Source of the DNA: an uncultured delta proteobacterium
GTDB lineage: Bacteria; Desulfobacterota; BSN033; UBA1163
Length of the DNA stretch: 64,000 nucleotides
Direction of reading: 5' to 3'
NCBI GenBank assembly: GCA_963827685.1
Contig: CAWHBU010000003.1
Coordinates: forward strand, 864,001 to 928,000
Shown: positions 1 through 9,343 of the stretch, in pieces
Position numbering within the stretch: position 1 is the stretch's first letter
Layout: each line of letters opens with the position of its first letter
Translations under genes and position numbers: made by a program
The notes under the pieces: generated by a model
Told to the model about the DNA's origin: nothing
The model's database searches: none
The model's input: only the letters and a program-made list of their open reading frames with translations

Positions 1-129
1 ATCGCTGCTGGCGTCATCCACGACGACAATGTGGTCGATAAAGGTTGGGGTTGTTTGAAGAACCTTTCCAATTAATTTCTCTTCGTTATAGGCAGGAACA
101 ATGACAGCAATGACTTTATCTCGGTACAT
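1..129 (-). CDS. Glycosyltransferase family 2, N-terminal part (runs off window)
   Basis: Manual translation MYRDKVIAVIVPAYNEEKLIGKVLQTTPTFIDHIVVVDDASSD has the GT2 motifs PAYNEE and VVVDDxS. Confidence 0.85.
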   Translation of the reverse strand, partial: MYRDKVIAVIVPAYNEEKLIGKVLQTTPTFIDHIVVVDDASSD

Positions 130-144
130 GTTTTCTCCAAAAGA

Positions 145-268
145 CGTATCCGTGTCCGTTTTCCGTTTCCGGATTCGCTATGAGCATAGCGCCTGGAATA
201 GCCCCGGGAGAGCAGATTAGGTGCCTACGGTTTTATTTCAAGCGGACACGTCACACGCTCACGGACAC
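145..268. repeat. Inverted array of CGTGTC-like hexamer repeats
   Basis: CGTATCCGTGTCCGTTTTCCG (~145-170) faces CGGACACGTCACACGCTCACGGACAC (~243-268). Confidence 0.55.
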
Positions 269-572
269 ATTCTTATGAAGTCAATGGATATCACATAGAT
301 AGGAGGGTGTCAACCCTGCGGAGTATTCTTGTGGAGTATTCCTACCCAAATCACTTCTTGCAAAGAACAAAATTCAAAGGCTCGCAATCTAGGGTCTATT
401 GCCTTGGAGCTTACTCCACAGGGTCAACCCTGTCGTTGAAGGAAGATCTCGCCGAATTTACCAGAAACTCCGATAAAAAAATAAATATTTCGGGTGTAGA
501 CTTTCATACAACCATCGGGTCAATTGAGTTTCAAGAAATAGGAATGGAGAAATGTGAACTCATGAATGATTG

Positions 573-788
573 TTACTCAATCACGGCAATGGTCGCGTCC
601 GCTTCTACCTCCTGGCCTGCAGAGACGCATATCTGTTTCACCACCCCGCTCACTGGAGCAACCAGAGGCATTTCCATCTTCATGGCTTCCAATACGGCCA
701 CCTGATCATCCTCTCTTACGTGATCTCCCACTTTTACTGAAACCGACACAATCTTCCCTACCATGGGTACTGTCACGGGTGTTGCCAT
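573..788 (-). CDS. Stand-alone biotin carboxyl carrier protein (71 aa), copy 1
   Basis: EAMKM biotinylation motif; GGAGG SD before ATG at 788; near-identical paralog at 34424-34639. Confidence 0.9.
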   Translation of the reverse strand: MATPVTVPMVGKIVSVSVKVGDHVREDDQVAVLEAMKMEMPLVAPVSGVVKQICVSAGQEVEADATIAVIE

Positions 789-810
789 AAATACCTCCTC
801 CTTATTCCAT

Positions 811-917
811 CGTGTCCGTATTCGTTTTCCGTGTCCGTCTTGGTCATGGATAGAAAGATGAGTGTTCAATGGGCTTATTATCACGGACACGAAACACGCC
901 TGCCTGACGGTAGGCAG
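811..917. repeat. Inverted CGTGTC hexamer array plus GCCTGCC..GGTAGGCAG mini-palindrome
   Basis: CGTGTCCGTATTCGTTTTCCGTGTCCG faces CACGGACACGAAACACG; GCCTGCCTGACGGTAGGCAG at 898-917, with related copies at 2121-2137 and 32073-32093. Confidence 0.55.
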
Positions 918-978
918 CGCGATGCCGGACTCGTTGATTTAACCTGAATCGCCCCTTATTTGTCAAGGAATTTTTACG

Positions 979-1006
979 GAGATTTCTGAAAAAGTCCAGA
1001 GATCTC
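979..1006. promoter_or_regulatory. 28-bp palindromic operator candidate, site A
   Basis: GAGATTTCTGAA-AAAG-TCCAGAGATCTC, 12 bp upstream of a minus-strand TTGACA (966-961). Confidence 0.55.
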
Positions 1007-1041
1007 CGATTACACCGATTAGGAAATGATTGCACAGATCA

Positions 1042-1069
1042 GAAAGTTCTGAATTTTTTCGGAACTTTC
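1042..1069. promoter_or_regulatory. 28-bp palindromic operator candidate, site B
   Basis: GAAAGTTCTGAA-TTTT-TTCGGAACTTTC, 11 bp upstream of TTGACA at 1081. Confidence 0.6.
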
Positions 1070-1080
1070 AAAAAAAAGAA

Positions 1081-1127
1081 TTGACATCACGAATAGATTA
1101 TAATAATTTATGTGAAAAAATTAACTA
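1081..1127 (+). promoter_or_regulatory. Sigma70-like promoter of hbd with a possible Rex-type box
   Basis: TTGACA-17-TAATTT; ATGTGAA-AAAA-TTAACTA (1110-1127) resembles TTGTGAA-N4-TTCACAA. Confidence 0.4.
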
Positions 1128-1167
1128 AATCCTGTAAAGAAAGACCAAACACAGGGAAGGAGGGTTT

Positions 1168-2022
1168 ATGGACATTAAGACGATCGGCGTATTGGGTGCA
1201 GGTTCCATGGGGAACGGAATTGCTCAGGTGGCGGCACAAGCCGGATACCAAGTGGTAATGAGAGATATCGAAGACCGCTTCGTTGAAAACGGTCTGAAAG
1301 CCATCGGAAAGTTCCTTGCCAAAAGCGTTGAAAAAGGAAAAATGACCGAAGAACAGAAGAAAGGAGTTCTCGGCAGAATCAAAGGAACGATCCGAATGGA
1401 GGATCTCAGGGATGCGGACTTTGTGATTGAAGCGGTTTTCGAAGACCTGGAGTTAAAGAAAAACATCTTCAAACAATTAGATGAACTGACACGACCCGGT
1501 GTCATCCTCACCACCAATACTTCCTCCATGTCGATCACAGAAATCGCGATGTCTACCAAACGACCTGAGAAGGTGGCAGGAATGCACTTTTTCAACCCTG
1601 CCCCCATCATGAAATTGGTCGAGGTGATACGGGGATATCATACGAATGACGAAACAATCCACGCCGTCATGGAGATGACGAAGAAGATGGGAAAGGAACC
1701 TGTCGAGGTGAAAAAGGATACCCCAGGATTCATCGTCAACCGCCTGATGATTCCCCATATGGTAGAGGCGATCAAGATGCTCGAGGAAGGGGTGGCCACC
1801 GCCGAAGACATCGATAAAGCGGTCAAATTGGGGCTGAATTATCCTATGGGGCCATTCGAGTTGATGGACCTCACCGGAGTGGACATCACCCTTCATGTCA
1901 CAGAATATCTTTATAAAGAATTAAACAAGGAGAGCAAGTGGTCTGCCCCTACCCTCTTCAAGTCGATGGTTCGGGCAGGAAGACTGGGAAGAAAAACCGG
2001 AGCAGGCTGGTATAAATACTAA
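1168..2022 (+). CDS. hbd: 3-hydroxybutyryl-CoA / 3-hydroxyacyl-CoA dehydrogenase
   Basis: GxGxMG Rossmann fold, NTSS, GMHFFNPAPIMKLVE, PMGP, GRLGRKTGAGWY; 284 aa. Confidence 0.9.
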   Translation: MDIKTIGVLGAGSMGNGIAQVAAQAGYQVVMRDIEDRFVENGLKAIGKFLAKSVEKGKMTEEQKKGVLGRIKGTIRMEDLRDADFVIEAVFEDLELKKNIFKQLDELTRPGVILTTNTSSMSITEIAMSTKRPEKVAGMHFFNPAPIMKLVEVIRGYHTNDETIHAVMEMTKKMGKEPVEVKKDTPGFIVNRLMIPHMVEAIKMLEEGVATAEDIDKAVKLGLNYPMGPFELMDLTGVDITLHVTEYLYKELNKESKWSAPTLFKSMVRAGRLGRKTGAGWYKY

Positions 2023-2419
2023 AAAACGTGTCCGTCTTCCGTGTCGCGTGCCGAAAATAAAAAATAAATGCTAGCCGAAGATATGTGAATCTGCCCCTAT
2101 ATACTCCCTCGCCCTTCGATGCCTGCCGGTAGGCAGGGGTGAGCGTGGACAAAATCGATTGGTTCCCTCTCCCCTTCACCCTGTTAGATTAGGGTGTTTG
2201 TTCAGCCCCTTTGCTCAAGCAATCTTCTATCTAACAGGGTCAACCCCCTCCCACGGTGGGGAGGGGAGGCTTTCAGGGAAATTGTCTTAAGTGATAAAGA
2301 TAACTCCTCAGAATTTGGATTAAAATATCTTAATTTGACAAATTTCCATAAATAAATCATTATATCCTTACCGTGTCCGGCCCAGGACACGAAATCCAAG
2401 CCAGAAGAAAGGAATTCCA

Positions 2420-4018
2420 ATGAAACTTAAAGCAATATTCCTATGCTTGTTTCTCGCCCTTATTCTTACCCTTCCTTCTCCTTCGATCACCCAAACCAGA
2501 GATCCCAACAAGGTCTACAAGGTAGCCATCCTCCCTTTTATGATTTATAGCCAAGAAAATCTGGATTATCTGCGGGAAGGGATCTATGACATCCTCACTT
2601 CTCGAATTACCGTGCAGGAGAGAATCGTCGTCATGGAACGGTCCATCGTTGAACGGGCTCTTTACGAAGAGAAGCCGACGCGACTCGACGAGGCAGCGGC
2701 CGCGAAGATCGGGATGAAAATCGGAGCCGATTATATCGTTCTCGGAAGTATCACAAAGGTCGGCGATTATATTAGCCTTGACGCCCGCCTCGTCAGCATC
2801 ACCGAGGAGAAGCCTCCTCTCAGCGCCTTTACCCAGCATAAAGGTATTGATGATGTGATGGTGAAGATCGGCGATTTTGCCCAGGACATCGGATATAAGA
2901 TCCTGGGCCGTCGCACCATGGCTGGCCGCCCCGGTGAACCCGGACAAAGGAGGGGGATCGAGAGGTTTGAGCGCGGGAGCATCGATTTTAAGAAGAGTCA
3001 GACCTTCGGCTTTGAAATCAAAGGCCTCGACATCGGCGATGTGTACGGGGACGGGAAGAACGAAGTGGTGGTCATGGATAACCATGACCTCTACATTTTT
3101 AAATATGATGGGGAGAAATTAAGCTTCTTTCAAAAGATCGAGCAAGGGTTCGAACACAACTTTTTGACCCTTGATGTGGCCGATTTGAACCATAACGGAC
3201 ATGCAGAAATTATTGTAACCTCTGTCGTTGAAGATGACCTCCGTTCCTTCATCCTGGAATACGAAGAGGGGAAATTCAAGAAGATCACCGAAAAAGCTGG
3301 CTGGTTTTTTCGCGTGCTGGACCATCCAAAAGAAGGACCTATCTTACTGGGTCAACAGAGAGGTTCAGACGGCCTGCCCGTCGACCCGATCTACAGGATG
3401 GTCTGGAAGAAAAAATCTTTTGAGAAGGGACCCAAGATGAATTTCCCAAGTGGGACGATGATCTTCGGCTTCACCATGGCCGACCTCCGGGGAAAAGGGA
3501 AACCTGAGATCATTGCCCTCGATAAGTTTGATCGTTTGAATATCTTTTCAGAAGACGGAAAAGGCCAGTGGAAGAGCGGGGACCGATTTGGTGGAACAAA
3601 CAACTACTACGATACGAAAAGGAAAGCAGATACCGGTTCCCGGCCCGACGACCCCCGGGCCTTCCGGGTATTTATCCCCGGAAGAGTCCTTACCAGGGAT
3701 CTCTACGGGGACGGGACCCCTCAGATTATCGTCAACAGGAACGAATTTTCATCCGGAAAGCTCTCCGAAAGGATAAGAACTTACGAGAAAGGGGAAATCC
3801 ATGGTCTCATCTGGGAGGAAGAGGGCCTGACGGCCAGCTGGAAGACCCGGGAGATCAAAGGCTATATAGCCGATTACCAGATAAGAGATGTGGAGAATAA
3901 TGGTAATGAAGAGCTGGTCGTCGCGGTCGTTGCTCCCGCAGACAGCGAAGAAGGCATTATTACAGGAATTCTCTCCCCCAAATCGAGAAGCAACATCTAT
4001 TTTTTCAAGCTCTATTAG
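2420..4018 (+). CDS. Exported protein with N-terminal CsgG/TolB-N-like domain and FG-GAP/VCBS-like repeats
   Basis: Signal peptide; VAILPF...GADYIVLGSI; repeated DxxGDGxxE motifs. Confidence 0.7.
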   Translation: MKLKAIFLCLFLALILTLPSPSITQTRDPNKVYKVAILPFMIYSQENLDYLREGIYDILTSRITVQERIVVMERSIVERALYEEKPTRLDEAAAAKIGMKIGADYIVLGSITKVGDYISLDARLVSITEEKPPLSAFTQHKGIDDVMVKIGDFAQDIGYKILGRRTMAGRPGEPGQRRGIERFERGSIDFKKSQTFGFEIKGLDIGDVYGDGKNEVVVMDNHDLYIFKYDGEKLSFFQKIEQGFEHNFLTLDVADLNHNGHAEIIVTSVVEDDLRSFILEYEEGKFKKITEKAGWFFRVLDHPKEGPILLGQQRGSDGLPVDPIYRMVWKKKSFEKGPKMNFPSGTMIFGFTMADLRGKGKPEIIALDKFDRLNIFSEDGKGQWKSGDRFGGTNNYYDTKRKADTGSRPDDPRAFRVFIPGRVLTRDLYGDGTPQIIVNRNEFSSGKLSERIRTYEKGEIHGLIWEEEGLTASWKTREIKGYIADYQIRDVENNGNEELVVAVVAPADSEEGIITGILSPKSRSNIYFFKLY

Positions 4019-4019
4019 C

Positions 4020-4449
4020 AGTGATGGTGTTTAGTGATGGTGGTGCGTAAAATAAGGTTGAAGACCTGGAGGTTTTTAAATTGTCGCATTCATTAGTCCT
4101 GAATGTTTACAAATTGACAGAGAATTTTCCGAAGGAAGAAAGGTTCGGCCTCATTTCTCAGATGAGGCGGTCGGCCTATTCTATCCCTACGAATATTATT
4201 GAGGGAAGCAATCCTTTGGATACAAAAGATTATAGGCGTTTTGTCGGAATAGCGAAAGGTTCGGCAGGCGAAATCTCTTATCAGATACTGCTTGCAAAAG
4301 ACTTAGGCTATGTTTCGGAGGAAATTTATTCAGAGATGAGAGAAAAATATGAAATTGTGATTAAAATGCTCTCCAGTTTAGCCAAATCATTGGGTAAAAA
4401 GACTCAATAAATCACCTACTTACCTGCACCATCACTATACACTATCACT
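4020..4449. repeat. 23-bp inverted repeat made of GTGATG units bracketing the four-helix-bundle gene
   Basis: AGTGATGGTGTTTAGTGATGGTG (4020-4042) versus CACCATCACTATACACTATCACT (4427-4449), 2 mismatches. Confidence 0.8.
4081..4410 (+). CDS. Four-helix-bundle protein (23S rRNA IVP / Avd-like family)
   Basis: FPKEERFGLISQMRRSAYSIPTNIIEG...AKGSAGE motif; TTG start with GGAGG; in-frame EDLEVFK upstream is preceded by TAA. Confidence 0.85.
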   Translation: MSHSLVLNVYKLTENFPKEERFGLISQMRRSAYSIPTNIIEGSNPLDTKDYRRFVGIAKGSAGEISYQILLAKDLGYVSEEIYSEMREKYEIVIKMLSSLAKSLGKKTQ

Positions 4450-4464
4450 AACACAAAAAAATGC

Positions 4465-4493
4465 TTGACAACTTTTGGGAGGGGTGGTATAAA
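4465..4493 (+). promoter_or_regulatory. Sigma70 promoter of the porin-like gene
   Basis: TTGACA-17-TATAAA with extended TG. Confidence 0.65.
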
Positions 4494-4666
4494 ACCAAAA
4501 CATTAAAAATTTCTAATTTTGATGAAGTGATTTTTCACAAATCCAAACAAGAAAGGGGGTGAAGATTCAGGGGGTGTAGTGGCAGGGAATTTTGTTAGTG
4601 AGTTTTGAGTTTAGGAATCACGAAACACGATTCACCAATCACGAAATTAATTGAGGAGGAAAAGAG

Positions 4667-6295
4667 ATGAGAAAATTAATTGTTTTATCATTAGCTGGGC
4701 TCTTAATTTTGGCGTTTAGTGCGACAGGATATGCCCAGGCGCCAAAATTAGACTTCAGAGCATCAGGTTTTATCACTTTTCAATCGTTTATAGGCGAAGG
4801 CGTTCCGCAGTATGGTAGCGCCTCGACTATTTACGGGGTTGTCAACGGAAACTATAAGCAAATGGCATATGGATTGCCCGTTGGAGCGGTTGCCGTGAAC
4901 GCTCCAGGCTGGAACAGGACCCAGTCCAACTGGGAGGGACGCGCCCACCTCAAATTCGATGCGGTGATGGGCCCGAATTTGAGCGGAACCATCTGGTTTG
5001 AAATAGACACTATGCGATGGGGCGGCCCAATGAATTCATATGGCGCATGGCAGAGAGAGGCGAATAACTTTGGCACGTGGACGACTGACCGGACTGCCGT
5101 CGAGGTCAAGTGCATCTATATCGACGTCGGCCTCCCCTACTTTGGAATCCCGGTGCCCATGACGATGAGGATAGGTGCCCAGCCAATAGCCGTCCGGCCG
5201 AACATGATGGTCTATTCAGATGGTACAGGAATCACAGGCGGCATCAAGATTGACCCTGTGATGATCATGCCGATTTATGCCAAGGCCCTTGAAAACCTCG
5301 ATTTTGCCGACGACGATGTGGATGTCTATGGTCTTCATGCGAATGCCAAGATTGGTAAAATCACGGTAGGTGGCTATGGCCTGGTTTACAGAATGAACAC
5401 CTATCCGTTCAAAGTGGTACAATTACCGGGCATTATCTCCGCCCCTTTTGGTGGTGTACCAGCCGGTGCCACCGGTTTATATAGCGAAATCCCAGGGACC
5501 CTCAAATCCCATATGTGGTGGTTGGGAGCTTATTCGGATGGGAAGGTAGGTCCGGTTAATTACAATTACGACTTTGTGTATGACTACGGCTCGGTTGACG
5601 AGCGACTAACCCCAAATATGCACGATGTCAAATATGAGGGCTGGGCAACACGACTCCAAGTTGACTATCCGTGGGAGAAGTTCAACTTCGGAGTGGTTGG
5701 CATGTATGCTACGGGTGCTGACGCCAGAAGGAGTTCAACAAGTGGCCTCCCGGGAACCTCAACAGGCGCTTTTCCCGGTGCAGCTGCTGGGAAGCTTTCT
5801 ACCAGAAACACAAGCTTTGTCGTTCCACCTGGTTCAGAACAGGGACCAATACAAGGTGAATCGATGGTTGTCTATAGCATGGAGGGCAACACAGGCACCG
5901 GAGGCTACGGTATTGCCAACAATGCCAATTACGCCCAATTGAGCAGGGGCGGATTCGGTGGAACCTGGTTTACCAAGCTCTACGGCAGTGTGAAGTTAGC
6001 ACCGTGGTATAAAGTCACCGTTCAGGGACTTTATATTGGTGATACCACCGAACGCGGGAATACCTTCGGTAATGCTGTGAAGTACCAAGGTACCGGTATA
6101 CTGAGGGATGACACCAGCATCGGCTGGGAAATGGATCTGCTCCACGATTTCCAGATTTACCCAAACCTCAGGTTCTGGGTCGGTGCTGGATACCTCTTCG
6201 CTGGACCCGCACTGGATGTCAAAATGGCATCGGGAGGGAACCGCGCAGCGACCAACCCCTGGGCGGTCAGGACAAGCCTGACGTACACCTTCTAA
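4667..6295 (+). CDS. Probable outer-membrane beta-barrel (porin-like) protein
   Basis: Signal peptide ending AYA-like, Gly/aromatic-rich alternating strands, C-terminal SLTYTF beta-signal; strong SD. Confidence 0.7.
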   Translation: MRKLIVLSLAGLLILAFSATGYAQAPKLDFRASGFITFQSFIGEGVPQYGSASTIYGVVNGNYKQMAYGLPVGAVAVNAPGWNRTQSNWEGRAHLKFDAVMGPNLSGTIWFEIDTMRWGGPMNSYGAWQREANNFGTWTTDRTAVEVKCIYIDVGLPYFGIPVPMTMRIGAQPIAVRPNMMVYSDGTGITGGIKIDPVMIMPIYAKALENLDFADDDVDVYGLHANAKIGKITVGGYGLVYRMNTYPFKVVQLPGIISAPFGGVPAGATGLYSEIPGTLKSHMWWLGAYSDGKVGPVNYNYDFVYDYGSVDERLTPNMHDVKYEGWATRLQVDYPWEKFNFGVVGMYATGADARRSSTSGLPGTSTGAFPGAAAGKLSTRNTSFVVPPGSEQGPIQGESMVVYSMEGNTGTGGYGIANNANYAQLSRGGFGGTWFTKLYGSVKLAPWYKVTVQGLYIGDTTERGNTFGNAVKYQGTGILRDDTSIGWEMDLLHDFQIYPNLRFWVGAGYLFAGPALDVKMASGGNRAATNPWAVRTSLTYTF

Positions 6296-6308
6296 CCGAA
6301 GTGTAGCT

Positions 6309-6341
6309 AAAAGGGCGGTCATTTTGGCCGCCCTTTTTTTT
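6309..6341 (+). terminator. Rho-independent terminator
   Basis: AAGGGCGGTCA-TTT-TGGCCGCCCTT followed by a T-run. Confidence 0.85.
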
Positions 6342-6505
6342 GTCCCAAAAATAATCTCACTTGACTTTTGAAAGACAATATATCACCATCCATTCACTTA
6401 GCTTGACATCTCCATCAAAGTTGGTAATATAGCACTAAATTTTAACTCCTTCTCAACCTCCCTCCGGGTAGAGGAAGGTTGAGGGATGAAAGGAAGGAAG
6501 ACTTT

Positions 6506-7597
6506 ATGGCTCAAAAGAAGAAGTTCATCGCGACCATTTTTATTTTCTCAACAGCGTTCCTCTTCACCCTCACCTCCTGTTCTAATCTTTTCGGAAGTAA
6601 GAAGGACGAGAAGATAGTAAAGCTACCTGAGGGAAGGACCGTAACCGTCGAAGGGATGGAGACGATAAAAGGCGTTAATCCACCGAAGTCGGAGACCCCC
6701 TCCACTAAAAAATCTCCCACGCCAATACCTCCTGCGATGAAAGAAACAGAAACCAAGGTCGCTTCCACTCCCTCCAGGCCTTTATATAGCCCCTCCGTTC
6801 CCATGTTCCAAATGGGGTTTAAGAAAAAGGTGGCCATCTTAGACTTCGAGAATAATACCAATTATAAAGAGGAAAAGATTGGAGAGGCCGTGGCTAAGAA
6901 GCTTTCTGATAAATTGGAGGCAACCCAGCGAGTGGTAACTTTGGATAAGACCGTTGTCTCGGAGATGTTCAATCGGGAGGGCATTAAATTCGAAACCCTT
7001 TCAGATCCTTCGGTGATAAAACGTGCTCGCCAATCCTTGGGAATCCAGGCATTTGCCCTGGGAACCGTGACGGATGTAAGCCTCCTTTCGGCTAAAGCCT
7101 CCGAAACCTCAGACGAGGAAGTTGCTTTTGCCACAACCAAAGTGGAGATCCGTCTCATCGATGCCTCTACCGGAAACCTGCTGAAAACCTTTATCGGGAG
7201 AAGCCCCATCTTCGGTGCCAAAGAGACGGGAGAAAATTGCCGGGGAAAGGCTGTGCTCAAAGCGATTGAGATCGGTCTGGATGACGTCTTGGATGGCTTT
7301 CTTCGACAGCTCGACCTCTTGGATTGGACCACCACCATCGCCAAGGTCGATGGAGAGAATATTTACCTGAATGCAGGCAAATTATCCGGCGTTCGCATTG
7401 GAGATACCTTAGAAGTCTTCGAACCCGGGAAGGAGATCTTTCATCCAACCACAAACCTCTCCCTCGGATGGACCACCGGCAAAACAAAGGGGACAGTAAG
7501 AGTCACCGACCTGTTCGGTGTGGATGCCGCTGTCGCAAAAATAGTTCAAGGCGCCGGGTTCAGTACCAATGATGTGGTCAAGTCCACAACGAGATAG
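6506..7597 (+). CDS. Lipoprotein with CsgG/FlgT-like domains
   Basis: Lipobox LTSC; KKKVAILDFEN; C-terminal IYLNAGKLSGVRIGD. Confidence 0.7.
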   Translation: MAQKKKFIATIFIFSTAFLFTLTSCSNLFGSKKDEKIVKLPEGRTVTVEGMETIKGVNPPKSETPSTKKSPTPIPPAMKETETKVASTPSRPLYSPSVPMFQMGFKKKVAILDFENNTNYKEEKIGEAVAKKLSDKLEATQRVVTLDKTVVSEMFNREGIKFETLSDPSVIKRARQSLGIQAFALGTVTDVSLLSAKASETSDEEVAFATTKVEIRLIDASTGNLLKTFIGRSPIFGAKETGENCRGKAVLKAIEIGLDDVLDGFLRQLDLLDWTTTIAKVDGENIYLNAGKLSGVRIGDTLEVFEPGKEIFHPTTNLSLGWTTGKTKGTVRVTDLFGVDAAVAKIVQGAGFSTNDVVKSTTR

Positions 7598-8023
7598 TGT
7601 TTAAAATGATGTAAGAACTATCCTCCATGATCTGGATCATTCTCATCCTTCGGTTTTACGAAGTAAAGAAGACCAGCGGAAACGTGGAGCCTTCATTCGG
7701 ACCTACTTCAGTCTTGGTGGAAAACCTGCCTCATTCAACCCGATAAACAAAAAAACCTTACTTCAGGCTCAGCTAAAATCCGGAGCACTACGGTGGACCA
7801 GATCAAGAGGGGTTTATCCGTTTCTGCCAAGAAATAAGTCTTGCTTTTTCGGGGAGCTGTTTGATAAAGTAACCTCGTTTTTTTAAGGATGAGATCATCA
7901 TGGCCCTAAAGGTAACGCGAGGGGAGGAAGGAGGTGAGAGCTGCATAATGAGAGGAATTGGCCGCTATAGGACTTTAACCAAAAACGGGATGGACTCGTA
8001 CTATTAAAACCAAAGGAGGATCT

Positions 8024-9181
8024 ATGAAGAGAAGAATTCTTATCGTCGCATTTTTGTTGCTCTTGTGCCTTGTGGTAACTCATCAGCCCCCCACTGCAGA
8101 AGCAGCGGGGAAAGAACCATACAAAATTGGAGCGGTTCTTCCCCTAACCGGACCTGTTTCTTGGCTTGGAGGACTGGCCGATGAGGGGACTAAGTTAAAG
8201 GTGGAAATGATCAATAAGGCAGGGGGGGTCAATGGCCACCCTCTCAAACTCATCACCTATGATAGCCAATCTAAGCCTGAAGAGGCGAACATGGTGGCCC
8301 AGAGGTTGATCACACGGGATCAGGTTGTTGCTATCATTGGTGACGGTTCTGTTCCTATCGCGGCCCCGGTGTTTGCTTTGGGGAACCAGAAAAAGGTCCC
8401 GGTTCTCTTCGCCTGCGGTTATGCAATCGATACTCAGAAGGAGCCGTATTCTTTTAACCAGGCGCATCCGACCGAATTTGCGGCGGCGCGTCCGTTCAAG
8501 TACTTTAAGGAAAAAGGGATGACCAAGGTTGCCTTTCTGATGGTTGTGGGGTCGTTGGGTGAACTGGGCAGCAGGATTGGGAACAAAGTGGCAAAGGAGT
8601 ATGGTATCACAGTGGTGGGCGAGGAGAAATTTGAAGCGCAAGCAACAGATGTAACGCCACAACTGACAAAACTGCGAGGGTTAAAACCGGATGTGATCTT
8701 TTCATTTTCAACGGGCGAGCCGGCTGCCATGATCGCCCGCAACATGGCACAGGTTAATATGACTATTCCTCTGCTCGTCAGTCACGGCAATGCGTCGCCG
8801 GGGTTTCTGAAGATGGTTGGCGACCTGCCGACGATGGTCATTGTGCCTTCGGGAAAAATCACTGTGGTGGATCAGGTTCCTGACACCGATCCGGCGAAAA
8901 AGGTGTTGCAGGCATTTAACAAGCTGTATATGGAGCGGTTCAAAGCCCCTGCTACGTATTATGCTGGTCAGTCGGCAGATGGAGTGGCCCTGATCGCCGA
9001 GGCCTTGAGGATCGCCAAGTCAGGTGATCCGGTAAAAGTACGTGATGCCCTGGAGGGAATCAAAAATTTTGTCGGGAATAATGGCGTCTTTAACATGTCT
9101 CCAAAGGATCACCAGGGTACTCGCCTGGAGGATATGGTCAACGTGACCATCAAGAATGGAAAGTGGCAACTGTTGCAATAA
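8024..9181 (+). CDS. Liv-type ABC transporter substrate-binding protein
   Basis: KIGAVLPLTGP, INKAGGVNG, YDSQSKP; signal peptide. Confidence 0.9.
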   Translation: MKRRILIVAFLLLLCLVVTHQPPTAEAAGKEPYKIGAVLPLTGPVSWLGGLADEGTKLKVEMINKAGGVNGHPLKLITYDSQSKPEEANMVAQRLITRDQVVAIIGDGSVPIAAPVFALGNQKKVPVLFACGYAIDTQKEPYSFNQAHPTEFAAARPFKYFKEKGMTKVAFLMVVGSLGELGSRIGNKVAKEYGITVVGEEKFEAQATDVTPQLTKLRGLKPDVIFSFSTGEPAAMIARNMAQVNMTIPLLVSHGNASPGFLKMVGDLPTMVIVPSGKITVVDQVPDTDPAKKVLQAFNKLYMERFKAPATYYAGQSADGVALIAEALRIAKSGDPVKVRDALEGIKNFVGNNGVFNMSPKDHQGTRLEDMVNVTIKNGKWQLLQ

Positions 9182-9343
9182 CTCTAAAGTGTGATAGGCC
9201 CAGGATGCCTCAGATTCTAGACGCAAGGGTAACCTGCTCTGCCGAGTAAGACCTTGAATCCCTGCCAATGCATGAAATGTGCGGCATTCTGGGCGTTCTT
9301 TTGTATATGAAAAAGAGCTGCTTGTATCCGTGGAGGACTGGCT

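Noticed and set aside
4081-4410. Diversity-generating retroelement (Avd) or 23S rRNA IVS
   Set aside because: No reverse transcriptase, TR/VR pair or rRNA sequence in the window.
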